From: Mytilus californianus
Taxonomy: Eukaryota
Assembly: GCF_021869535.1 (NCBI RefSeq)
Contig: NW_026262581.1
Coordinates: 132,990,001 to 133,054,000 of the forward strand
DNA: 64,000 nt
Reading direction: 5' to 3'
Shown here: one piece after another, positions 51,901 through 61,922 of the stretch
Layout of the letters: every line of letters starts with the position of its first letter
Position numbering within the stretch: position 1 is the stretch's first letter
Notes under the pieces: model-generated
What the model saw: only the letters and a program-made list of their open reading frames with translations
What the model was told of the DNA's origin: nothing
Database searches by the model: none
Translations under genes and position numbers: made by a program

Positions 51901-54900
51901 CTCTCATTATAAGTGACCATTTAATTATATCTAAGTAAGGTTGCATTCCAATTTAAAGTACCAGAATTTGATTAAGCACATGGAAATAAAAATGACTGAC
52001 AGACCGACTGATGGATGGGTCAGATACTATATAGAGCATTGTCGGGTATTTTCGACCGGAGGCAGTTTTCGACCACCTTACATTTTGGGAGCTATTTCAT
52101 GCACGTGAGGCGTTGTTTCCGCATCCTTTGCACTTGCAGATCTGCAGAAATAAATATTTGTCTTGGAAGGCTAGGTTAGCTGCAATTCACGCAAAGAAGT
52201 AGTAAGTTACACAATTTATTAGAGTTGTCATGGAACTTCTCGCCATGATAAAAACAAATATTACGACATGTGTTAAAAAATAACTTTCTTTCAACAAATG
52301 ATTTCAGTAAAAACACCTACAGTTCAAGCATGCAAACCTAATGACACTGTTCGCTAAACTCCTGAGAATAAAAATGAACACATAAATGAATATAATGACG
52401 TATTTTTAAAAATATCTTCCCGATAATCAACTACTAACCCTTACATACATATTTCGCCTATTTTCGACCAGTCTTAAATTTTTTTGTTACTATGGATGCT
52501 TTGTTTGTTTACGTTTTTCAAGGCTAGCGTGACGTCACAATATAAATCACGTAACGAAATCTGGCACCTTGTAGTGACAATGTCATCGTCAGAAGGACAA
52601 TGTTATCGTAATAGGATACACTGTGATTTTATATTTTTTTACTAGCTGAAATTTATAAGAAAATCGAAACTTTTTTGAAATGAGCTTCAGATTAAAGAAA
52701 ATTATTTGAGCAATAAGATCAAAAGGCAGTCTGCTTTTGAAAGATATTGTATAGTCCAAAATAGTTTTGTTTCCTCTCGAAATCATAGCAATCTGTCTAC
52801 GTGTCAAGAGAAAAACCGAAGACGCTTATCCTACCTGAAAGGGGGTGGGGTGGGAGGGGGTTTGACAAGGGGGTAGCAATTACCACTTCCCTTCCTTATA
52901 TATCAACTTGTGGTAAAAATCCCTCCCCTTTACTCCCTGTTCTCACACCCTTACCCCCCTTTTTTTACTCTCGGTTACTCCCGATTCCCCCCTCCCTTAT
53001 CTCAGGGATCCATCCCCTGTCCACTGCCTCCTACCTGTTTTCTCTGTTGTGTTTTTCCGTGCTGCACATGGGTCACCGTCAAGGTTGTTAAAATTTATAT
53101 TTTTTTGTTCTCCTTTTTTTACGCTACATGTACATGTACATGTATTAATGTAAAAAAGAAGGTGTGGCATGAGCGCCAATGAGACAACTCTCCATATATT
53201 GTTTGTTTATATTGTATAGTGTTTTCAAAAGTGTGTAATCATATTTGTATGTAATTTTATGCCCTCAGTTACTACGGGTTGATTTCTTTTTCTGTCTGTT
53301 TTCTTTGCTACATCTTTGTCCCGTAACATTCCAGATATACTGTATGTGACAATTTCCTTCATTTAACTTTTCTTATGAAATACAAAATGACAGGGTCTGC
53401 TAATGATTATAGTATCGATCAACATGAAGAAAAAAACTATGATTGTATGTACATGTGCAAAATAAAATCGTGTTGATACATGTAACAGATACTTTTAAAA
53501 GCGATAAAAATAGGGTATCATATAAGTATAAGTGAATTCCATTTATACCCAATTTTCGTTTGTACATCCGTCACGCCTGGATTAAGTTTCCATATTGTCA
53601 TAATATACATGGCACTATTATCGCGTCGGCACAAATTCTTGTTTAAGTAAGTCTTTATTTCACCATTTTCTGCTTTCAGATTTTCAAATACAAATGGAAA
53701 AACGAAACAAGTACAGAAATTATGCTCTAGAGGATATCAAAAATGCAGTCCAAATGGTTGAAAATAAGTCAATGTCTATTCGATCTGCATCACGACAATA
53801 CAATGTCCCAAAAACTACTATAATAGACAAACTTAATGGCAGATCTAGTCTTCAAGCAAGATCAGGACCTAATCCTGTATTATATGATAGTGAGGAAAAA
53901 AATGCTAGTTCACTGGGTCATAGATATGTCAAAAATCGGTTATGGCCAAACAAAACAGCAACTTCTGTATACGGTGAAGACAATTTTGGATCATGATGGT
54001 CGGAAAACCCCATTTAAAGATAATTTGCCGGGTAAAGATTGGCTATATGCTTTCATGAAACGCCATCCTGAGATTTCTACACGCACTCCACAGAAACTTG
54101 GTAAGGAACGCGCAGTAATATCTTGGCAAAAAATAAAATGGTGGTTCGCAGATTTTGAAAAATACCTAACGGAAAATTATGAAGAGGGAATAGGTATATT
54201 GAAAGATGCTTCCCGCATATATAATGCAGATGAAAGTGGGTTTCCACAAGATCCAAAATCTGGTAAAATTTTGGCTGCTAAAGGCAGTAAGAATGTGTAT
54301 TCAACATGTTCAGCTGACAAATCACAGATAACTGTTCTTGCATGTATGAGTGCAACAGCACACTACTTACCACCTATGCTTGTATTTCCAGGGGAGCGTT
54401 TCCGGTATAATCCACTCGAAGGATTCACTGAAGCAGTACTTGGTCGGACAAAAACTGGTTGGATGATTTCCGAACTATTTTACACCTGGGTACGTGATCA
54501 TTTTATTACTGCAATTAAGGACCGAAAAGTCAAGCAACCGGTTATTTTGCTGGTGGATGGACATACTAGCCATATTAGTCTGAAAACAGCTCAGCTTTGT
54601 AAGTCTGAGAATGTTATATTGTACTGTTTGCTCGAACATGCAAGTCATATATTACAGCCTTGTGATGTTACTTTGTTTGGGCCTTTGAAGAAGCACTGGA
54701 GAGATTCAGTGAGAGATTACCAGTTGAAAAATCCGGGTGAATTTGTCACAAAAGATACCTTTGCTTCTGTATTTAAGTCGGCATGGGTGAATGCAACAAC
54801 AGTTGGTGTAGCAATTAAAGGTTTCCGTCATACGGGGCTTTATCCAATTTCAGTTGAAAGTGTAGATAAATCGAAAGTCGAGCCATCGGCAGTATTTGCA

Positions 54901-57900
54901 AGGGCAAAGTCAGACCAGGATCTCGGTAATGATGACTATATGAATTGTAAAGATGCCCAAGTTGATAGTCGTCCAGTTACCAATAGTATTGGGACCTACA
55001 TTCTAGATCCAGAACCCGTACAAATTGCTGATGAGGCGGAGACAGAGATTGCTTTAATGCCATCTGAAATTTGTGACTCTATTTCATGTGAAACATCACA
55101 TACAATAGTTGAAGAATTGCATGATCAGCCTCCTTGTCTTTATCCAGAAACCATCATACAAGTTAATCCATGCAATGTCAATGTAACACCACACAAAGAA
55201 ACAAATAAACATTCCTGCGAAAAAGCACCTTCATCATCTTTCGAACTCCTACTTGTTACTCCAAATGAACAAAAGACTCTCAAGAAAAGGAAAACTTGTA
55301 CTGTACTACCAAAAGCCGTTTCGGGATCGGAAATGATAAAAATATTAGAGAATCGAAAACAGCAGAAAGAAGATGAACAGGAAATGAAAGAAAAGCGTAA
55401 GATTGATAGAGAATTAAAACGCAAACTAAAGGAAGAGGAAAATGCTAAAAAGGAGGAGAAGAAAAACGAGAAAAAGAAAAGAACGGAAGAAAATAAGAAA
55501 CGTAAATTATCAAAAAATCAAAAGATATCAGAGAAATCGACTACTTCCAGGCTTTGTTCCAAGTGTTTACTTGAAACAGACAATGTTTATATATGTTGCG
55601 AGATTTGCTTCTCCTTTTATCATGCAAAATGCTCTGGTGTTGATTTTTCTTGTGTGCATATTGACGACATCGTTAGCTTTCCATATGAGTGTGATGATTG
55701 CCTCTAAAATGCGTCAGATATTCTACGTGACAAATTTTTCACAATGAATGTATGACTTGTTACAAATTTTATATATTTATTACTACAGTGCAATGTTTTA
55801 AACAAAATAATATAGCTACATGTATACTGTACTGCATTATCTGTTGTTATTTTCGATATTTGGAATACATGTTGTTGTTGTTTTTTTTTTTTGGGGGGGG
55901 GGGGGGGTCGTGTTGCACAGTCTTTAGTTTTTTGTACGGGTTTGTGTTGCACAGTCTTTAGTTTTTTGTGGGGTTCGTGTTGCACAGTCTTTAGTTTTTT
56001 ATGGGGTTTCGTGTTGCACAGGCTTTAGTTTTTTGAGGGTTCGTGTTGCACAGTCTAGTTTTTTGTGGGGTTCGTGTTGCACAGTCTTTAGTGTTTTGTG
56101 GGGTTAGTGTTGCACAGTCTTTAGTTTTTTGTGGGGTTTGTGTTGCTCAGTCTTTAGTTTTCTGTGTTGTGTTTGTGTGGACTGTCATCGGTCTTTTTTC
56201 ATATTTTTTTTGGCTCTTGAGTTTGATTGTTCCTTTGTTATCTCCTGCCTCTATTTTATCTTAGAATACAGAACATTTTAAAAATGATATACATTAGCGT
56301 GGCTTTGGCAATTTGTTATAATCGTTTTTCTGCTAAATATATTTTTGTCATATATAATTACTTTGCGTAACTTTAGGGAGAAACTATTTTATTTTTATTT
56401 GGTTGAGGGGGATAATGTTAGTCCTATAATATAAGACTTCGTAGGTTCATATTGTCTTCACTTGACGTTTTTTATCGGATATATTTTTTACTGGTTCGGC
56501 ATTGATAGTAAAAACAAATATCCGATAAAAACGTCGAATGAAGACGATATGAACCTACGAAGGCTTATATTATAGGACTAGGGATAATGTGTGTTAGATC
56601 AAGATTTTCCCGTTGAAAGTTCTACCCAGACTTTTATGCGATTTGAAGCTATCTTGTAATCTGCTCGTGCTGGATGTTTTTACCATGATTTCTGGTCCTG
56701 TCTTTTTTATTTCAAGTTCTATCCTAGCATCCAATAATAATCAGCCAAATTTTGACAGTCTTATTTGTAATAGGACATTGTCCCATTTATTTTGGAAGAC
56801 AAGATCGAACATCACTCATTTTGATGACCCCTAAGTGCCTTAAAACAAACAAAAATAATGTCCATGGTATACCTAGTGTGCCCCAGCCCGATCCCCATTT
56901 AAAAAAAATGGAGTTCAATACATGTGCAAGTTCGTGTTCTTTATCAATCAATTATGGACCGTAAGTAGAGCACACTGAATGAACATTAGCACGTACAACA
57001 CTATAATTATTCACATAAAGAGCACACAAACTAGTCATCAGTGTGATCTTATCAATACATATCACGACAATTAATTGAAATACGCACGAGTATTCACAAG
57101 CCCCGTGTGAGCAGTTGTAGACATTCATTTCTTCTTCTGAAATCCGCTTCAAACAGGTCTTTCGAAATTTTAAGAAACTCAACATTGAATTCTTTTTTTT
57201 TTGAAGGACTGCCTGAATAATATCAGTCGCTGATCAAAACTTGTAATGTTCGTGTGAATACCGAAACGGTATCACTTTAAAAGAAGTGAAATGGCCGTTT
57301 ATCTCCACTTACAACAGCAAAATTATTATCAAAATTAACACTTCATGACCAATTGATTCTGGGGTCGAACCATAATATAATGTAATCAGTGATATGACGG
57401 AAGGAAATTATAAAGTGGTCGAAAATACCCGACCATGGTCGAAAATACCCGAATATTTAACAATGTTAAAATAGTCATTACTAACGCAATTATCAAAAAA
57501 TATGTATTGTTTCTTCGACGAAAATAATGGCCAATACGTAAAGATGTTTACTTGTAACGTCAAGATAACCATTGTTTTTTCTTTGACGTCATGATCGAAT
57601 TTACTGTTAAGTGGTCGAAGAACTGCCGACATTGCCCTACTACCCCTGCCCCTCTTGTTAAGAAGTACAAAAATACAAAGTACACAATATCTTAATTCAC
57701 TTCTGTAACAATCATATAAATCCACATTGTTCCAAATTTATGACATGATTCTAAATCAGAACATTGAAATTAAGATGACCTAGGAGACTTTTTATGTTTC
57801 CTGAAAACCAAGGGTGGATAATGATATTATACTCTGTAATTTATAATTTATTATTACACACCTTTATACTAGATATCAACAGAGATAGTCAGCCCTTTTA

Positions 57901-60900
57901 TTTTATTCTTACTATAAAAGGTAGCCCTTTTATTTTGTTCTTACTATAAAAGGTAGCCCTTTTATTTTGTTCTTACTATAAAAGGTTGCCCTTTTATTTT
58001 GCTCTTACTATAAAAGGTAGCCTCTCTTATTAAACCAGAACATGAGATATACAATTTTGCAACTAGACATCCTAAGAATAACTAGAGGCTCTCAAGAGCC
58101 TGTGTCTCTCACCTGATTCTACTTTGGTTTTGGAAATCATGTAAAAATAGATTAAAATCATAATAGATACCCTTATAATGATTGAGGCCAAATTTGGTTT
58201 AATATTGGCCCGATAATTTAATCAAAAGCAGAAGACTTTTGTAAAATTTACAGAAATTACCAATAAATTAATTGAAATTGTAGAAAATGACTTTATAAGG
58301 ACAATGACAAATCAGCTACAAAGTAACAACACTTGGTCAGCACCTCAAAAGAAACATTCATACCACGTTTGGTTTCAATTAAATAAGCGGTTTTCTAGAA
58401 GAAGACATTTGTATATATTTCCCATATAGTCCTTTGTTAAAATAAGTCCCCCGTTGGCAGCCATCTTGAATGATTGATTGGCTACAAAGTAAAAACACTT
58501 GGTCAGCACCTCATTAGGAACATTCATGCCATGTTTGGTTTCATTCCATTCAGTGTTTCTCTAAAAGAAAACTTTTGTATGTATTTCCCATAGTTCCCTT
58601 CTGGTGGCCATCTTGGATGATTGATCACCTACAAAGTTACAACACTTGGTCAGCACCTCATAAGGAACATTCATGCCATGTTTTATTTCATTCCATTTAG
58701 TGGTTCTCTAAAAGAAGACATTTGTATGTATTTCCCATAGGGTCCTATGTTAAACTAAGTCCCTCTTTTGCGGCCATCTTGGATGATGGATCGGCTTCAA
58801 AGTAACAACACTTGGTCAGCACCTCATAAGGAATATTCATGTCATGTTTGGTTTCATTCCATTCAGTGGTTCTCTAGAAGAAGTTCAAAATGTAAAAAGT
58901 TAACGACGACGACAGACACCAAGTGACGAGAAAACCTATAAATTTGATTCCAATTGGACAAGTTTGTTTCAGAGGACAAGATTTTTGAACAAATTAATAA
59001 TTCACAAATGGATGAAGACTGGCAAAAGATAACACTTGCTTTCTAAGTCTGGTGGAATTATAACTAATTACACTACTATTTGTACATTTCTTGCAATTCT
59101 ATTTTTGTAATTTGTAATCAACGGCCCACAATTTTATATAAAACACTTTTCTATTCTATACTAAAAGATTTGTATTGTCAACAGCAGATAACATATTTGT
59201 ATTGTCAACATGAGTTAACATAACTGTACATTTGTATTATTAACAGCAGATAACATAACTGTACATTTGTATTGTTAACAGCAGATAACATAACTGTACA
59301 TTTGTATTGTCAAAAGCAGTTCACATAACTGTACATTTTAACTGTCAACAGCAAAGCAGTTATCATATTCTTACCACAGAAACAATGGCCACAATTTGTT
59401 TCTACTCCATACTCAGCATTATTAAGACAGATTGGACAGGTAGCACTCCCATCATTTGCATTACGTCTTGGCTGTTGTTGATGTGGGTGATCATGTCCAA
59501 TTACCTCCCTTGTAGCAGTGACACTGGCAGCACTGTCTGGATGAATGCTCAATAAACCTTGTCTATGACTGAAAACAGTTATAGCTTATCAAATTGTTAT
59601 ATCTTTACTCTGAAATATGTACAGCATGGGTAGCTGTCTCCATAAGTCCTCAACTGTTGAACAATAGCTTCAAATTGGAGAAGACATAACTAAGTTGTAA
59701 AACTTGTGTCTTATTTATTTGTCTTTTTTAAGTTTAAACTTAACATTTGCTATTTTTAATTTATGGTCAACACATAAAGATTTTACTTGACTTCATGGCA
59801 TTGACATATTGAACAATGAAAGTTATTGAACTTATTCAAACAATGTGCAAATACTTTCCCTTGAAACTGTTTCTGCAATTATGCTTGATTGATTGATGTT
59901 TGCTTTACATACAGTAGCAAATATCTCATCCATGTTCAGGATGAGATCAAGTTAACAATTTATATAATTTGTATGTCCTGCAAATGGAGGCCAACAAGGA
60001 TGAAGGACAGGAAATTAGGAATTCTGACTGAACTTGGCTGCAGATTTATATTGCCAAATGAATGCCCCACTTTAACAAGGGTTTTACTACCTGTAAGAAG
60101 AAGACCAAGGGATTACCCCCATATTTCTATACTTCCAATCAATCATTTGCAAATATGATTTTTCTAGACAAATATATATTTTATTTCACAATAAATTCAA
60201 TCTTTCTTTTTAGCACATACTTACAACTTCTCGTCCAATCAAATTGCTTGAATTTGCCTTCTAATTTTCATAGTACTACACACTTTTTCCGTGTACTAAG
60301 TAACTACGCATGAATGATCACAAGTGTAAGATTTCATTGTATCGTAATCAAGTCTTATTTATTAAAACAAAAATTGCTACTGGCTATTTTGAAATAAATG
60401 CTGTGTTCTAAATTAAACTAAATAGTCTGTAATTAGTTTTCAAATTGATTTTTAAACATCCTACTTATTAATCTTTGAATCTTAAAATGTTTTTGACGAT
60501 TACAAGTTTCTTTCATTTAAATAAAAAGTTGCAAATATGGTTCTTTATACCTTGATTAGAGTACAACGCCATCTAAAAAATGTGATCATTTATTTTCCAT
60601 GCAATTACTTTGTACACAAAAAAGAGTGAACCATGAAACCTTGTGAAGGGAAATTAAAGCAATTTGATCTATTTCGTCATGAATTGATTGATTATTGGTT
60701 GCTTAATGTCCAGTGGCAAATATTTCATGCATGTAAACTATCCACAAGACTACCTATGGGGCAATTACAGCTATTTTTAAAAAGGGTTCCAACCCATTGA
60801 TCATCACGAAAAAGGTGTTTTCCACCACCAACCCCCCTCCCCCTTTTTGGATCCGCCACTGCAAACTATCTAAATGTGTAAAATTTATTATAGTTTTAGT

Positions 60901-61749
60901 TTTTATGTGAAATAGAAAAATGTTTTTAAGAATCTAAAGCTTCCACTGCAATTTAATTACTGCCTGCTTTTGGTCAATTTATTTTGTCATCTTACCATGT
61001 AAAGAAGTACATGTGTCGTAAAATGCCGTTTAATATCAATAGACATACTTACACCAGCAGCTACTATCTTTTCATTCTGGAGTCCAAGGCCTTGTGAAAT
61101 CACATATTTTACAATGATACTAGTGAGTAGATTTACAAAACTACGTAAATGAGCTACACCTAGTCAGCCAAAACATATCAATAGACTAATTACAGGATTA
61201 CTTAAGTTGTAAATATGTGCTAAATTGGATAGTGTATGGAAAGGTATATACAATGAAATTAAGAGCTCGGGGCAAGCCCCTCGCTCTAAATTTCATAGTA
61301 TATACCTTTCCATACACTAACCGACACATAGAGTTACTTCCTTTAACTATATTTTTGGCAAAAATGTTTTTTTCCAGATAAATGTATATTTTGGTAAATC
61401 TTCAATCTTTTTTATTATGGTAGCTTCCCAGGAAACTATTTTTTTTCCGTGTTATTTCTAGGTAAATATCCATTCTATACACTGCATTAATTGATCAAAA
61501 GTAACACACCTTAATTTGAGAAAGACATGATCAACAGAACATCACCTTAATAGCAGGTATGTAATTAGTGGTAATCACATAGTGGTAATTCACCTTAATG
61601 TAATCAGGTAAATGATCAGTGGTAACTCACCTTAATCTGATCAGGTACATGACCAGTGGTACTATTAGAGCAAGAAGAACAATTAATGCATATATCAATT
61701 CATCACCAATGCCTTCTACCATTGTAGCTTTTCTAAAATATCCAGCCAT
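48720..61749 (-). CDS. RNF170: E3 ubiquitin-protein ligase RNF170, complete CDS; complement join(61749-61631,59568-59375,50899-50823,49371-49252,48995-48720)
   Basis: Five GT-AG exons splice in frame (786 nt, 261 aa). They give an N-terminal TM segment ([17 protein letters not shown]...), a C3HC4 RING ([29 protein letters not shown]...IACPVCRQ), [21 protein letters not shown] and a C-terminal [20 protein letters not shown] segment, matching human RNF170 as I recall it. Confidence 0.94.
49252..49371 (-). CDS. RNF170: RNF170 exon (120 bp)
   Basis: tttcag|GTA ACA CTT...CGC CCT|gtaagt; encodes [40 protein letters not shown]. Confidence 0.93.
49590..50240. mobile_element. degraded HINE-like remnant
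   Basis: CCATGAAAATGGGGTCAAGG near 50100 is the reverse complement of the CCTTGACCTCATTTTCATGG core of the 10.3-11.5 kb element's satellite. Confidence 0.45.
50823..50899 (-). CDS. RNF170: RNF170 exon (77 bp, RING C-half)
   Basis: tttcag|GT CGT TGT...CAG CAG|gtaaac; encodes [26 protein letters not shown]. Confidence 0.93.
51280..52031 (+). mobile_element. degraded HINE-like element interrupted by the pogo transposon
   Basis: AAAATCAATAGGGATCTT and GACCTTGACC motifs repeat at ~150-165 bp spacing (51423, 51587, 51883). A GAC-type microsatellite is followed by CAGATACTATA directly at the pogo left TA. Confidence 0.5.
53694..55707 (+). pseudogene. pogo/CENP-B-like DDE transposase with HTH-psq, CENP-B HTH, DDE_1 domain, K/E-rich coiled coil and C-terminal PHD finger; one +1 frameshift (A7 run at 53896-53902)
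   Basis: ORF 53694.. encodes a psq-type HTH ([13 protein letters not shown]...[15 protein letters not shown]). The overlapping ORF ..55707 has YNADESGF (D 54229), LLVDGHTSH (D 54556) and LQPCD (D 54664), i.e. DD35D, plus a C4HC3 finger at 55555-55704. Removing one A joins the two into ~670 aa. Confidence 0.9.
55905..56260 (+). repeat. ~32-bp tandem repeat (x8) running into a dispersed-repeat tail, nested in the pogo element
   Basis: Unit CGTGTTGCACAGTCTTTAGTTTTTTGTGGGGTT after a T/G homopolymer; resembles an abundant mussel retroelement-derived repeat (recall only). Confidence 0.8.
56419..56580. mobile_element. 162-bp foldback element with ~73-bp arms and a 10-bp target-site duplication
   Basis: Arms TAGTCCTATAATATAAG...TTTTACT / AGTAAAA...CTTATATTATAGGACTA with few mismatches; GGGATAATGT at 56409-56418 and 56581-56590. 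Confidence 0.85.
57891..58021. repeat. 32-bp tandem repeat x4
   Basis: Unit AGCCCTTTTATTTTGTTCTTACTATAAAAGGT, with an internal CCTTTTAT/ATAAAAGG stem. Confidence 0.92.
58080..58935 (+). mobile_element. HINE-like element with an internal ~166-bp satellite x4, 3' hairpin truncated
   Basis: Starts AACTAGAGGCTCTCAAGAGCC (small hairpin). AACACTTGGTCAGCACCTCA occurs at 58328, 58494, 58641 and 58807. Ends with GACGACGAC microsatellite and CCAAGTGACGAGAAAA. Confidence 0.65.
59171..59350. repeat. ~35-bp tandem repeat x5 beside an RNF170 exon donor
   Basis: Unit TGTATTGTTAACAGCAGATAACATAACTGTACATT. Confidence 0.88.
59375..59568 (-). CDS. RNF170: RNF170 exon (194 bp, RING N-half)
   Basis: tttcag|T CAT AGA...TGT G|gtaaga; encodes [12 protein letters not shown]...[21 protein letters not shown]. 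Confidence 0.92.
61230..61319. mobile_element. 90-bp foldback (palindromic MITE-like) element
   Basis: 37-bp arms with 2 mismatches (TAGTGTATGGAAAGGTATATAC...), and an internal GGGGC-AA-GCCCC hairpin in the loop. Confidence 0.75.
61631..61749 (-). CDS. RNF170: RNF170 first coding exon (119 bp; absent from ORF track)
   Basis: ATG at 61749; encodes [39 protein letters not shown], then AG|gtgagt (phase 2). An acceptor-like ...ttcccctag lies 13 nt upstream of the ATG, so a 5'UTR exon probably lies further upstream. Confidence 0.88.
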
Positions 61750-61922
61750 CAAAACTAGAAATCTAGGGGAAAAATAATAAAACAAAATGAAGATGATTTC
61801 AAGTTGTTTGTAGGTAGAAGTGCATTATTGATTATAAATGATACCTGTCTAGCACAAGTGTTATTATTTAAGAGTCCTTCACATGTATTTGACACCTTTC
61901 TCATGTATTTAAGGCAAAGTAC

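Larger units (their letters stand above)
52034..57637 (+). mobile_element. pogo-superfamily (IS630-Tc1-mariner group, DD35D) DNA transposon, ~5.6 kb, in an RNF170 intron in antisense orientation
   Basis: TA at 52032-52033 and 57638-57639. Imperfect TIRs: GAGCATTGTCGG at left versus GGGCAATGTCGG (reverse complement of the right end). Subterminal TTTTCGACC motifs face inward at both ends, and there is an internal transposase. Confidence 0.78.

Noticed and set aside
55140-55747. Antisense and alternate-frame ORFs overlapping the transposase
   Set aside because: Shadows of the low-complexity K/E-rich coding region.
57891-58021. Repeated TATAAAAG TATA-box-like motifs
   Set aside because: Part of a 32-bp tandem repeat in an intron, with no downstream transcript evidence.
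1405-61749. Functional linkage of PDE4 (cAMP) and RNF170 (IP3-receptor turnover) as a signalling cluster
   Set aside because: Adjacency alone is not evidence in a eukaryote, and synteny could not be checked.
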